From a virus, in the IMG/VR virus record IMGVR_UViG_3300026076_000001: DNA of 64,000 nt; one strand, 5' to 3'. Numbering within the stretch: the first letter of the stretch is position 1; each line of letters starts with the position of its first letter. The notes below the pieces were generated by a model. That model was not told the origin of the DNA and made no database searches. It worked only from the letters and a program-made list of their open reading frames with translations. The position numbers and the translations under genes are program-made. This document shows, piece by piece, positions 10,039-22,100 of the stretch.

Positions 10039-11016
10039 TTATATAATGAGTAGTTTGCCATTGGTACCAGATGAGTTTTGTGCACCGCCTTGTCCAGCAG
10101 TACCTCTATCTGGATCAGCATTATTACCAGGAGTTTCGTCTGTCCCTCCTAATGTAGAACCAGCTTGTATTCTGGTCTGATCTATGTAGGAAGATCCACC
10201 ACCACCTCCGTGGCCATTGGTATCTCCTGAACCGCCACCACCACCTCCGTAGTAGCCAGCACCACCCCCGCCACCAGGATAGATGAGCAACATACCTGCT
10301 CTACCACCCAATAGAGAAGAACCATCTACTGAATCAGTGAAACCAGCAAAACCACCTGCGGTTTGACTACCTCCACCACCACCTCTTTGATCGAATAGTT
10401 GACCTATTTGACCGTGAAGAGCACCACCAGCACCACCTCTCTGATCGGCACCAGCACCACCTCCACCAGCAGCAACTAACAATGCATTAGATTGAACAGC
10501 AGAATTACGGAAGACTGCTGAGAATCCTCCACCACTTCCACCATATCTTACACCATTAATACCACCTAAGGCACCACCACATTCTCCTGCTGTTGCAGCA
10601 TTTGTGGAACGAGGATCACCTCCTCCACCGACACAGATATAATATGTCTCGCCAGGTAGTAATTCTAATCCCCCAGCTACATATCCACCTGCACCTCCAA
10701 TACCACCAGGATCAACACCACCAGCTCCACCAGCACCCCAAGCAGTAAACTGCACAGTGATTCTAGCGTCTCCAGTGACGTTTGATTGTAGTGTATATTC
10801 ACCCAAGTTTAAGGTTAGTTTTCCTTGAGTATCTAGATCGTGATTTATTACAGGATCACCATTCTGAGGAGTAACTATGATGTTACGTACTGGCTCATAT
10901 TGTGATCTTCTAATTTTTGATGTGTCATAAAATGGACGCAAATGTCCTTCATCGGTCATAGCATCTAACCGACTTTCGTAATTTAAGGTCTTTAGATTAC
11001 CGATGCGAAATGACAT
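10039..11016 (-). CDS. Glycine-rich domain protein (ALK/LTK-like glycine-rich domain), probably virion-associated
   Basis: WGAGGAGG, YICVGGGG, LLVAAGGGGAG, GGGGAGYYGGGGGG and GGGGGSSY motifs characteristic of the polyglycine-II glycine-rich domain. Confidence 0.7.
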   Translation of the reverse strand: MSFRIGNLKTLNYESRLDAMTDEGHLRPFYDTSKIRRSQYEPVRNIIVTPQNGDPVINHDLDTQGKLTLNLGEYTLQSNVTGDARITVQFTAWGAGGAGGVDPGGIGGAGGYVAGGLELLPGETYYICVGGGGDPRSTNAATAGECGGALGGINGVRYGGSGGGFSAVFRNSAVQSNALLVAAGGGGAGADQRGGAGGALHGQIGQLFDQRGGGGGSQTAGGFAGFTDSVDGSSLLGGRAGMLLIYPGGGGGAGYYGGGGGGSGDTNGHGGGGGSSYIDQTRIQAGSTLGGTDETPGNNADPDRGTAGQGGAQNSSGTNGKLLII

Positions 11017-11391
11017 TTAAGTTTCCTTGTCTCCTATAAGAATAACGGTTACAACCTGAGATGAATCCGTTAATCCAAAAACAGCATCATTTGTATCTGT
11101 TAGAACAATAGGATAGTTAAGTTCAACATAGAATGTTTCACCAGAAGCTAACTCCTGTCTAATAAACTGTTGTGGTTTATTAGCAATATCTAACGTATCT
11201 AAAGCACCTACATTATCTTCAACATAATACAAGTTAACTGTCTCGGTAGTTGTATTACCATTAAACAGTATGAAACCCTTGATATATGTTAATGTGCTAG
11301 CTGAGTTAACGTAGATTGGGGCAGCCGTACCTGTTGGTACGAACTGAATGTTCTTCCCATTATACGTTAAATTTCCTCTTGATAGTGCCAT
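11017..11391 (-). CDS. Small beta-rich structural/adaptor protein
   Basis: 124 aa; IYVNSAST..YIKGFILFN..TTTETVNLY resembles the fold class of 12783..13427. Confidence 0.6.
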   Translation of the reverse strand: MALSRGNLTYNGKNIQFVPTGTAAPIYVNSASTLTYIKGFILFNGNTTTETVNLYYVEDNVGALDTLDIANKPQQFIRQELASGETFYVELNYPIVLTDTNDAVFGLTDSSQVVTVILIGDKET

Positions 11392-11412
11392 TGTTTACTA
11401 GTGCCTCATTGG

Positions 11413-11419
11413 TATTTAG
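11413..11419 (-). promoter_or_regulatory. Late promoter variant CTAAATA
   Basis: Plus strand tatttag overlapping the stop codon of the upstream gene. Confidence 0.5.
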
Positions 11420-12783
11420 CTGAACAGCCAGATGTCTCTCATCTCGTTGCGATCACTGAAGTCCATACTAACAGTGCCGTCCCCATTGTCTGAGGTTACA
11501 ACTAAGTTGTATCCAATTTCAGCAGTTGACGTAGCTGGGAAAATTATGTTCCCCAAACGAATTCTATTTGGTGCAGGACCACCAGGGTCTGCTTGTATAC
11601 TTACTCCGCTTATAGTAGCGTTATTAAGTGTAGCAGTATTAATAACACCACCAGTAGCATCTGCTTTTAAAGCAATTGCATTGTTAATGGTGGTGCTAAA
11701 GTTTGCATCATCTCCTAAAGCAGCACTCAATTCATTTAATGTATTAAGTGCACCAGGAGCAGCACCAATCAAGTCATTAAGTTCTTGACGAACAAAACTT
11801 GTGGTAGCTAGTTTTGTAGAGTTGTCATTAAGAGATTGGAGTACAGCAGTTGAGTCGGAAGCGACATTAACTGTAGTCCTATCTGATAATGAACCTAAAG
11901 AGTTCTCAGTGGTAATGTAAGTCCCGTCAGAGACTAAGATATCGGTGGTGACACCGCTTACAACTGCAAATAAATGGAAGTTATCACCATTTTGAACTAA
12001 TTCTGTTTTACCACCTGTGTCATCAGACTCAAGGGTAATTTTTGGTAGGGTATTTGCTTTGACTCGTAGTGCATTAGAACTTCCAGCACTATCAATGTCA
12101 ACTTTAAATGAAGGACTATAGTTTCCTACACCTATAGATCCATAGCAATCAATGTCCCTTACATTGATATCATCAGTTGTTAGAAGTTCAGTAGCACCAG
12201 ATCTTCCATAGAAAGAAGATACCGCACTGGTAGGTCCAACAAGTGAAGATGAGAAACCAATATGTGTGACTTCTATTTCACTATTAATATTAGGAGCATC
12301 ATCAAAACGTAGAGTTAAATTCTGTCCAACCAAGGTATAAGCATTCTTATGCTGTACCAAACCATCTATGGTAACCATAATGGCATTAAGGTTTGGAGCT
12401 GCCTTTGACATTGTGAAATCAACATCAACTCCATTAGCAGTGAACGTTTCAGAGAAGATCTCTGAACGATCCATATTATTAACTACAGAACTCTGTACCT
12501 GTCCAAAAAAGACATCACCTGTATCAGGTGCTTCAGAGAAGTAGATTCTTTCTCCTTGTACCCAGAATGATCCAGGAGAACTAGTAGAACTACCTGTATT
12601 AGGTTGTTGGTGAACACCATTCAAACTGACGCTAAGTTGCATCGTTTGACCAACTGTTACAGGGTTATTGTTTGTCGTACGTAAAAGAAAATTGTCAGTA
12701 GTACCGTCAAATTGAGAGGAAATGTCTTGGATCTCCTTGATCTTTGAGACGTACGCTTCTGGATTAAGACCAAGATATGCCAT
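11416..12783 (-). CDS. Tail fibre-like structural protein
   Basis: MAYLG..P N-terminus; two FDGTTDNF/FTANGVDVDF-LxVxxxGxxQ modules; KLATTSFV...APGALNTLNELSAALGDDANFSTTI fibre motif. Confidence 0.75.
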   Translation of the reverse strand: MAYLGLNPEAYVSKIKEIQDISSQFDGTTDNFLLRTTNNNPVTVGQTMQLSVSLNGVHQQPNTGSSTSSPGSFWVQGERIYFSEAPDTGDVFFGQVQSSVVNNMDRSEIFSETFTANGVDVDFTMSKAAPNLNAIMVTIDGLVQHKNAYTLVGQNLTLRFDDAPNINSEIEVTHIGFSSSLVGPTSAVSSFYGRSGATELLTTDDINVRDIDCYGSIGVGNYSPSFKVDIDSAGSSNALRVKANTLPKITLESDDTGGKTELVQNGDNFHLFAVVSGVTTDILVSDGTYITTENSLGSLSDRTTVNVASDSTAVLQSLNDNSTKLATTSFVRQELNDLIGAAPGALNTLNELSAALGDDANFSTTINNAIALKADATGGVINTATLNNATISGVSIQADPGGPAPNRIRLGNIIFPATSTAEIGYNLVVTSDNGDGTVSMDFSDRNEMRDIWLFS

Positions 12784-13427
12784 TAGACTGATACCTCCAT
12801 AACACTGGCAATACAGTCTAGAGAACTTACCGTGTCACATTTAACTAGAATTTCGTCACCCAGTCCTACCTCTACTTTAACTATAGCATCACCAGATGTG
12901 TGAGTAGTAGGAGTTGAGTTTGCTTGTGCTCTATCAACGTTGAGAGTAGTATCTCCAGCACCAGCTAAAGAAGTAATCTTTAAAATCTCATTGTTGATCT
13001 TAATATAATCCTGTGCAAGCAGTTTCGGACCTGTGTTGTCACTGATAGTGATTGATACAACACTAGGAGATGTCACGTTAGCAGCAAGAGTATCACTGAC
13101 AGCTGGGGTCGAATCCCTATATGCGTCTTCGTTATACTCTAAAATGATTTTCTGACCCTGCATAACTTCAAATGCAGATCCAGCTGGGATAGGTACATTC
13201 TTTACAATCATCACAACATCCTTAGGATATTGAGGATCGATGCTGAATGCTGGATACCTATTGATTGATACTTCAGCAATCACCGCCGTTTGGGTGGTGT
13301 TTGATAGGTTGCATCCAATAATAACTGTTTGCTTCTCAGTTTGTGTTCCTTGAAGTTCAACAGCATATATGGAAGTCGTAGATGTTCCTACGTTTTGTTT
13401 TGAAGTTGAGATGAATTTATTTGCCAT
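12783..13427 (-). CDS. Fibre-associated structural protein
   Basis: MANKFISTSKQNVGT...VIIGCNLSN...IVKNVPIPAGSA split by an inserted INNEILKITS...VDRAQ..TTHTSG module. Confidence 0.65.
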   Translation of the reverse strand: MANKFISTSKQNVGTSTTSIYAVELQGTQTEKQTVIIGCNLSNTTQTAVIAEVSINRYPAFSIDPQYPKDVVMIVKNVPIPAGSAFEVMQGQKIILEYNEDAYRDSTPAVSDTLAANVTSPSVVSITISDNTGPKLLAQDYIKINNEILKITSLAGAGDTTLNVDRAQANSTPTTHTSGDAIVKVEVGLGDEILVKCDTVSSLDCIASVMEVSV

Positions 13428-13433
13428 TGTTAA

Positions 13434-14087
13434 TTAACCGAGAGCGATAGCAAGTGCAGTAGCGTCAAGACCCGCTTCAACAGATACACCGACCTGTGCA
13501 GCAAGGGTATTCACCTCAGCCTGCAATTCATTGATCGCATTAACGAGGTTTGCTTTGTTTTGAGTAGTTAAGTTAGAGAGATTACCGATAGTAATATCTT
13601 TAATCTCATTGATAGCAGCGACAATACTAGATTTAGATGTTGTGCTTAAATTGGAAAGAACACCAATAATGATATCCTTTGTTTCATTAAGAGCAGCCAC
13701 CAAACTTGTATGATCAGCGATGTTTGCTGATAAACCTGCAAGGTTACCAACATCTTGATCAAGTTCATTGAGTGCATTAACAATACTAGTTTTATCAGTA
13801 GTTGTCAGTGATGACAATGATTTGATAATAGTATCAGTAATATAGTTAATTGCTTCGACAACATTGTCTTTATCATTAGCGGGAATTTCGTTAGTGATAG
13901 AAGCAATTGGACCTAACTCAGTGTCTAACTCAATAAGACAATCAGTAATAGTCTGTGCAACTAAATTGTTAGCTACAGACTGGGCAATAACTTTGCCAGA
14001 AAAATCACCGTTGTCAACACCGATCTCGTTGATCTCGACACGTTGTTGTTCAAAGGTAAATGTTTTGTCTACTGTTCTTACTGGCAT
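13434..14087 (-). CDS. Repeat-containing trimeric coiled-stalk/fibre protein
   Basis: Five roughly 25-aa repeats (LSxLTTxxKxxIVxAINEx); N-terminal TFTFEQQRVEINEI; C-terminal ALAIALG. Confidence 0.7.
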   Translation of the reverse strand: MPVRTVDKTFTFEQQRVEINEIGVDNGDFSGKVIAQSVANNLVAQTITDCLIELDTELGPIASITNEIPANDKDNVVEAINYITDTIIKSLSSLTTTDKTSIVNALNELDQDVGNLAGLSANIADHTSLVAALNETKDIIIGVLSNLSTTSKSSIVAAINEIKDITIGNLSNLTTQNKANLVNAINELQAEVNTLAAQVGVSVEAGLDATALAIALG

Positions 14088-14109
14088 TAGACTCTAGGGT
14101 GCTCGGTTT

Positions 14110-14117
14110 TATTTATA
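14110..14117 (-). promoter_or_regulatory. T4-type late promoter TATAAATA
   Basis: Plus strand tatttata, intergenic. Confidence 0.75.
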
Positions 14118-15659
14118 TTAGGCAGTAATGAGGTCTCTGTAATACTTGATAGTATTAGTAGCGTATACTGGTGTGAAGATAATTTCAATGTTTGCTCCAT
14201 TAAATTGTGCAGAAATGGTACCTAAACCACCCTGTGCAATTCCACCTGAAGTCATAGTTGCATATTCTTCAATGTAAATGTCTGTTCCATCGTGAAGGAT
14301 AAGAACTTCTTTTACCTGAGTATATGCACCAGATGTGCATTGAACAACATACTTACCACTAGTGTAACTAGCAGTAGCAAACTGGTCGATCACAGCAGCA
14401 GTAATAGAAGCAGTAGTTGCTGTTCCTGCATCAGATCCACGAATATCCTTAACGGTAATAAGAGAATCTGCTTGATCGTTATAACGAATTTTTTCGTCTC
14501 CACCTAAGCATAGACCCATTTGGTCAGCTGCTGGACGGTAGAAACCATTGTCTTGGTCTTGATAGAAACTAATACCTGGAATAGCTTCGGTACCGTCACC
14601 AGCACCAGTGAAACCAGACAGGTTAGTTAGTCCATTACCATCTCCAATGAATGCAGTTGCACCAACAGTACCGTTGACTTGCATTATCTGTGCAAGAGCA
14701 TTGTTTGGATCTTGTCCAATACCAATCTTGTTATTGGTAGGATCTAACTTAAACAGTGCAACGTTAGAACCAGATGGTTCCATTGTTACAACTGCACCGT
14801 CAAACTTGACGTATGAGTTAGCACCTGAAACATCGATTTCAACTGCATCGATGTTAGACTGTAAAGTACCTAATGTATAAGTTACATCACCAACAGTACT
14901 ACCAGTAAAACTACCAGTACCTAGTGCGAACTTATCTTCTGATTCATCAAATCCAATAAAAGCGTTGTCTTCACTACCACGCTCAATTACCAGACCAGAG
15001 TCACCAGTTGGTGCTCCTACAATACCATTACCAAGTTCTATTAGTTTGTCACCGATTACGGTGTTAGTTGTAGTGATAGTTGAAGTACCACCTAGTACAG
15101 TCAACTCACCATTGATTACGACATTATTAGCAACTTCTAAATCTTGTGTTGGGTTTCCAACTCCGATACCGACTTTACCTTCTCCTGTAACAACTAATGC
15201 ATCAGTTACTGAGTTAACTCCACTACCACTACCTCCAGCAGCAGGTGCAGTCTTTACTCGAACAAATCCACCTGAAGCAGATCCTGTTCCAGATCCACCA
15301 GCTATAATTAAGTCTGATCCAGCAACGTCTGTACCACTAGCGTCATCCCTACTAACTTTACCAGTAACAGAAAGAGTAGTAGCAACCGATGCTGCATTAA
15401 AACTGAACGTACTTGTTCCATCTATCTTAGGTGGTGTGACAGCACCATCCTGTATAACTGAAGTTCCAACAGCTTCTAGTCCACCAGTAGAACTTAGTTT
15501 TTGAACTGTAATACTGTTGTCAGCTAGTTTTAACGTGGTGACTGCACCATTTCTGATAGTAGAAGTGGTGACCGCCTGGGTACCGACTCCGCTATCTAGC
15601 TTTGAGTCACTAACCAGCCCATCGTTCAAACCAGTTCTTCTGATTCTTGTTAGAGCCAT
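14118..15659 (-). CDS. Tail fibre / baseplate-fibre connector-like protein
   Basis: DNSITVQKL/DGAVTPPKI repeats, GDSGLVIERGS motif, PGISFYQDQDNGFYRP and C-terminal SGKYVVQ..EVLILHDG..EY module. Confidence 0.7.
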   Translation of the reverse strand: MALTRIRRTGLNDGLVSDSKLDSGVGTQAVTTSTIRNGAVTTLKLADNSITVQKLSSTGGLEAVGTSVIQDGAVTPPKIDGTSTFSFNAASVATTLSVTGKVSRDDASGTDVAGSDLIIAGGSGTGSASGGFVRVKTAPAAGGSGSGVNSVTDALVVTGEGKVGIGVGNPTQDLEVANNVVINGELTVLGGTSTITTTNTVIGDKLIELGNGIVGAPTGDSGLVIERGSEDNAFIGFDESEDKFALGTGSFTGSTVGDVTYTLGTLQSNIDAVEIDVSGANSYVKFDGAVVTMEPSGSNVALFKLDPTNNKIGIGQDPNNALAQIMQVNGTVGATAFIGDGNGLTNLSGFTGAGDGTEAIPGISFYQDQDNGFYRPAADQMGLCLGGDEKIRYNDQADSLITVKDIRGSDAGTATTASITAAVIDQFATASYTSGKYVVQCTSGAYTQVKEVLILHDGTDIYIEEYATMTSGGIAQGGLGTISAQFNGANIEIIFTPVYATNTIKYYRDLITA

Positions 15660-15683
15660 TGCTTTAGACGATTCCTATGTGAG

Positions 15684-15691
15684 TATTTATA
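15684..15691 (-). promoter_or_regulatory. T4-type late promoter TATAAATA
   Basis: Plus strand tatttata overlapping the stop of 15687..15890. Confidence 0.7.
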
Positions 15692-15890
15692 GTTTTGAAA
15701 GGACTTCTTTTAAAAGACCCTTTATTTCATCTATCTCTTGCTTGAGATTTTTTAAATCCTCTGCATTTGTAGTTGATTGAAGAGCCAAAGATCTTTGTCT
15801 CCTGTATGCTTCAAATGCTTGTTTATCGGTATTAATAACAGCTCCAGTTACAGAATCCTTAGATAATTCTGGGTGTCCTGTAACTTTCAT
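15687..15890 (-). CDS. Conserved small coiled-coil protein of cyanophage baseplate clusters
   Basis: KVTGHPELSKDSVTGAVINTD..FEAY and EIDEIKGLLKEVL. Confidence 0.7.
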   Translation of the reverse strand: MKVTGHPELSKDSVTGAVINTDKQAFEAYRRQRSLALQSTTNAEDLKNLKQEIDEIKGLLKEVLSKL

Positions 15891-16099
15891 CGATCTGAAA
15901 AATACCTTTCAACAACTTGAAGTCTCTCATCCCATTGAGCGATCATATTGATCTCAGTTTCCATAGCACCCAAGATATCGGAATGTTCTCCAATACCAGC
16001 AGGGTTCTGTAAATATATTTCAACATTAGCTTTGTGCTTTTCAATTTGACCTTGATAGTAAGCACGTAAAGCGTTAATGGTATTTGCTCTTGTAGACAT
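15887..16099 (-). CDS. Conserved small hypothetical protein
   Basis: HKANVEIYLQNPAGIGEHSDI motif; overlaps its neighbours in typical operon fashion. Confidence 0.7.
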   Translation of the reverse strand: MSTRANTINALRAYYQGQIEKHKANVEIYLQNPAGIGEHSDILGAMETEINMIAQWDERLQVVERYFSDR

Positions 16100-16101
16100 A
16101 A

Positions 16102-19100
16102 TTAGAAAGTGGCGATAGCACGGAGATCTCTTATTCGAGGAGGTAGAGCAGGGTTTCTACTCTTCATTACAATTTTAATAGCGAATGAACTAAACTCTTT
16201 CAACCCAGTAATAGTATAATTGTACTCCTTGAAATCTGATTGAGATTCCGTAGTTGGAGAGAAATTAGTACCACTGGAAGGTGTAACCTCTACATCTGAA
16301 ACACCTGTCTTATTAAAGTAGCTCCAGTTAATATCCTTAAAGAATATTTGTTGTGATGAACGTTTAGTCTTATACATCACGGTCACATCATCTATTTCCT
16401 GTAGTGCAGCACTTAACACAACGTTAATACTATTACCAGGATTATCGATTGAGATTTCCTTTGTAACATATGTAGCTACGTTAGAGGAATTTTTCAACCT
16501 ATCAGGTGTGAATAGATATCCATTAGAAACATAAACCTGTTTAATGCTTACAGGAACTTTAAATGATTCGTTAATTATAGAAACTCCACCTTCATAAAGT
16601 CCATCAGAAACTGCACCAGATCCCATCAAGTCACTCTCATCGAATGAAGAATCATTAGATGTGAATGTCAATCTAAAGTTTTCTGCATTCCAACGAGTAA
16701 CAGTACCAGTCTTAGAGTCATCACTATTAGCAAGTTTAATACCAGAAGCAATATTCAACTGTGCTAATGGTAAACTACCTGTAATTGTAATTGGTCTCGT
16801 TAGACTTAAATTACCCGAAGCAGCACCTGTTGATCCAGAAGAACCATTCAAGTCAGCATTGTATGGTGAAGATCCACCAAACTCGATGGATTCTCCAAGA
16901 ACAAATCCATCTCCTTCTGTAATTCTAACATAAAGTTCACCAGGAGTGCTAGAGTTATCCCAATAAGAAAGTATTGCTCTAGTACCAGAAGTTAGACCTT
17001 TAATTGTCTCACCAATACCATTACTAACAACAATATTAGCAGTAGTACCTAGAGGAATAGGACTTCCAGCACTATCTTGTAAGCGAAGCATTACTGTCTT
17101 ATGTAATTCTACTTCTTGTATCTTTCTACCATATCTTTCTTCAGAACCACTAGCAGATTCAATACGGTTTGATGTTAATATAGCCTTAGGATTCTTAAGA
17201 CTTAAGATGGGTGAAAGATTAGGATTGCTAGTGCTAAGAGTTGCGGTAAGGATAAACGATTTTTGACTGTTAAGTCTACTACTGAATAATTTTTCATTAA
17301 GTTTAGATGCTACAACTCTTTGAGTTGGGAAATAGTACTCCTTATTCAATATAACTGGCAATGCAGAATCTGGAGTATAATCAACCGTAGTAACAGCAGA
17401 GTCTATTGGTTTAACTAATGTAGATGTTACAGCAGTTTCCAACGTAGTAGTTGGGAAATCTAAAGAATCTACTTTAAGTAATGCTTTCTCATACTTAGTT
17501 TGACCTAAGCCTTTAACTTTGAGTCCACCACCAATGGCACTACCACCTGCGACTGTTGACATCCCAACAGTATAAAAATCAAGACCAGCAGATAGAACTG
17601 AGAAGATCTGACGATTTAATGCAGTAGTAGAGAATCCTCCTACGGATGATGCATCTTTAAGTGCAACGTAGGATCCCGCATTCAAACCGTGATTTTTATG
17701 TAAGACTTTAACAACCTTGTTATTAGCAGCAAACAAAGGACTGGATGTAGTATTAGCTCCAAGTGCATTTGTTTCGATAGGATTGGATTGTAAAGGTTCA
17801 TATCCTTGATCCATATTCACTAGATTGATAACACCTGAATGTGTGGTATCAAACTGTGCCATATAAAGGTCAAACTTTAGATCCTCATATTGATTCTCAG
17901 TCCAGAGGTTAGAGTTCTGAGACTTGAACAGAGATCCAAGTAGAGGTTGTGTGGTAACAGTAGAGTTAGAGTTAATCTCTGTCTCACCTAACCTAGAGAT
18001 AAATGTTTGGTATAGCGTGCTGTTACTTTCAACAACTACAGCATACTCTCTATCATTCTCTAAGTAAATAGGATACTGGAACTGGAATTTGGTTGGAATA
18101 AGTGCTTTATCTGAAGTAGCAACACCCATTCTTACAGCAGGTTTTGTAATCTTAAGAACTGCTTTAGCAGAAGATAATTGAGTTGCAGAAGCACTTACAA
18201 TCAACACACTAGGTGCAGTAGTGTACTCACTACCACCTAAAGTAGGTTGAATTTCATATACTTTCTGATCTGTGATCTGTGGAACAGCAGTTGCTGTAAC
18301 ACCACCAGGTAATTGAGGTGACTCAATTGTGACAGTTGTAGAACCTGCATATCCATCACCCATATCATCAACAACGATCTCAGAAACGTAACCAGAATCA
18401 AGAACGATCTGCATCTTAACGATGTCATCACCAGATCTTGAGTTATTAGCTACGGTCAATGATGTAAGAACTAGAGGTTCACCTGCAATGAAGTCCTCTT
18501 TATTGTGATCTCCAAGAATTAAAGTATAAACTTGTGATGTACCTAGGGTATAAGTATCATTGACCACAGGTACTGGTTGATTCTGTGAATCAAGTACACC
18601 AATTAATGGTCCTTGAGCATTAGAAGTATCACCTTCAACGATCTCATTATGAATTAATGTATGGCTACCACTAGTGATTGCTCTAATATAAGTATTGGAT
18701 TCCATTACAGAAACAGATCCAGGAAGAATATTCTTAGTAGGTCTGCCTGAAATAGTATCTGTCAATTTGACAGTAATAGGTAGTGTAGGATCCTTGACTG
18801 AGAAGTACATATCAATAGATGATACAAATACTCCACCATCAAAACTCTCAACACGGAATGTTTGTGCTAGAGGGTCAGATACACTAACATCTGGATTTAA
18901 GATGTTCTCAGTATACTGAGTACCATCTACCTTATCAGCAGAATCAACATCTTCCAAAGCAATGATGTCATTTGGAGTTGGTTCAGATGTAGCAGCAGCT
19001 TTGAAAGTTACAACAGCGTGTGACTCAGCAGTTGATGCATTAGTATTGCTACTTGTAAACTTAATCTTCTTATCACCTAATGGGAAACGTAATCCAGGAG

Positions 19101-22100
19101 CAGTTTCATCCCAAGTAATTGCATCGATGTCATCTTCATACTGAGTTCCTTTAGTTGGCTTTCTACCTGAAGGCATCAAGATAACACCAGTTGCTGCACC
19201 AGTATCATCAGTAACTAAAGTATCACCCCAATTTCTAAGAGATGATCCAGGCATTCCTGAATAGTTACGATCTGGTACTAGGTAATCAGAAACATCCAAT
19301 CCATCAATGAAAGGATAGATCCTAGTATTAGGCTTCATCCTCTTAAGATGGAATTCAATATATTGTTCTTTAACGTATAGTGTAATAGCAGTACTAATTG
19401 TTTGCTCACCAACAGTAGTTGAAGACTGTTGAAGTGGAACCTCAGTATTCTGAGCAGCAATATTAGAACTACTACCAGAAGATGCTAGAACTACCTCAGA
19501 TTCAGGTAGATCAGGTGCGTCAGAACTTAGAGAATTAACGTTACTAAATTCTGTACTATTACCTGTAACAGCTAGCTGAGTTACATTATGAATTTGAGAT
19601 AGAGCATTCTCTCCATCATCATAGATCTCTAGAGGATCTAGTGTTTGGTTATCATTATTGTTGATAGATGGAAGAGCGTGCTCATCAAACCAAGGATCAA
19701 CATTAGGACTAATTTCTACAGTTCCTTTATAATTGAAAATAAGGAATGGATTAACAACTGTTGTATTTGTAGCAAAGATGTTCTGACATAGAACCTTCTC
19801 TGTAAATGGTAGAGTTACTACACCGTGATTAACAACATAGTTAGAAAGAGTACGTGCGGTACTAGATTTATCTTGTTCAACTAATGATACAGTAGTTTCT
19901 TTTGACTCAGGACGTAGAGTACCACGTGTTAAATCTAGTGCTGCTTTATAATCAACAGAGTTAATATGTGAAAGACTATAGCTTTCAAAGTTATCAACTA
20001 CGAAACCAGACTTGAATCTATCCATTCCAGTCTGACCGTCTTTGATTTGAGTGTTTAGAGCACCTTGCTCTAGAACAGAAAGCATTGTGTATCTTTCTAG
20101 ACGTTCAACTTTCTTTTCGAGTTTATGGATATCACGCATTGTGAATCGCTTATTCTCTACTGGGAAGATCTTAACTTTCTTAAGATTGTCAGTGAACGCA
20201 GGGATATAGATCTTAAAGACCTTAATCGCTTCGTCTAGAGATACAGAAGATTGTGGGTTTGTTGATCCAGCACCCTTCTTAACTGCGAAGGTACCATCTT
20301 TCTTTAAGTAGACAGTATCGATACGATCAACATAATAATTATAAGAACAACTAAAGGTAAAAGGAGTTCCAATGCTAGTTTTAGTGTCAGCAGGAAGAGC
20401 AGCAGTAACACCACCAGCCGTATATACTTCAGAAACATTTGATCCTGTATCCATTACAGAGGCGTTTACATAGCCAGGAATACTGGCTGAAGTTCCGACC
20501 AAAGGACGGAAGTCAATAACATCAGCAAGACTCTTCTTACCGTGAACCAATGATGTTACTGTAGGAATTGATTCATAAGGAACACCATTCTCGTGTAGAT
20601 AAGAATCTACAGTAAAGAAGTCTCCTTCTGAATGCTTGAAGTAATCAAAACCAATGACTAATGTGCCAGTTGGAACTCTGACTCCAGGCTTCCTAATAAT
20701 AGTAGCAGTATCATACAGGTTATCCCTTTGACCATCGTCAAACAAGAAGAAATCTGTAATATTTGTACCAGTGTTACCTAGAATGTTTCCATCTTCATCG
20801 ACAGTAGGAGCAATTCCAGGAGTACCCTCATATACATAACGCAAATTATATACATCAGAGAAAGATTTAACCTGTCCTGTAGGATTATCATAATCATCAC
20901 CTCTCAAAGGAATAATAGTATTATCTAAGTCAGCAGTAAGAGAGATTCTCTTATTCTTAGTTGCTGTCTTAAGTTTTGGTTTTGCTTTGGTAGTTTCGAT
21001 GGTGGCATTCATCTTCAACTTCATACCTGTAAGTTGTAAGTTGCCACTTTGTACAAAGTAATTCTCTGGAAGTGTAATTACCAAAGAACCAGCATTATTA
21101 GTAGAGGATCCACTAGTTACACTGACCATAGATGAATCAATGTATAGTAAATCACCATCTTGAACTACATCACCAGTAAGACTACCATAACGAATAGTAT
21201 CAGTACCTGATTCATATACTTCTATAACATAGTCACCTTGACTGAATGGTACAAATTGCTGTTGACCATAATCTAACTGTGCAGCAATACTAACAGTATT
21301 ATTAGTACCATCTATAGTTACAGGTTCAATGAACTGCTTTCTAGAATAATATGTAATACCACTATCATCATCACTCTTAATTGTACCAGCTATCTTAGAG
21401 TTAGCTAGTGGTAATAGAAGTGTTGATTTACCTGAGTTTTCAATCTTAGCTCTAACACGAGTAATAGTATTAGAAGAGAATCCTTTAATAAGACGTTGCT
21501 TAAGATATATTCTACCTGGTCTATCAGTTGATGGATTACAAGCACGATAAACCTCATACTTATAAGTAACACCATCTACAGTGATCTGTATAAGATCATC
21601 TTCTACTAGTTCATCACCAGGACGTGCACTGTAGTTTGTTGCCTCAACATAATCTGTATCTTCCTTACCAGAATACTGTAGATTATTACTAATAGTCTTA
21701 AGATCAGTAGAATCTGGTTCACCATACTGAATATCACCAGTAAATTTCTTACTAGTTGCACCGTGCTCCATACCAAGAGAACGAATGTCCTCAATACCAA
21801 AGTTTTGGATTACATCTGTATACAATACAGCTCTAACATATGCGTTTTCATCTACTGCACTATGTGTTCCACCAGTATCTACAACTTCTAGCATAGGAGG
21901 AACAGCAAAAGTATCAATAATCTCTCTTCTTCCTAATTCTGTGAAACGAACATTACGGATGTAATCAGATTGTCCATTAATACCATTAGCACCTATATTT
22001 CTAGAGCAAACAATATAGTTACTAAGATATTGTCTGTCTCCAACTTTTAATTCTAGGTTATTACTTGGACCATAGTTCTCTCCACCATAAGGAACGATGA

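Noticed and set aside
14965-15504. 179-aa plus-strand ORF and similar antisense ORFs (e.g. 1625..1849, 11432..11788, 47432..47758)
   Set aside because: Shadow frames antisense to well-supported Gly/Thr-rich structural genes, with Pro/Ser-rich composition expected from reverse-complement codons.
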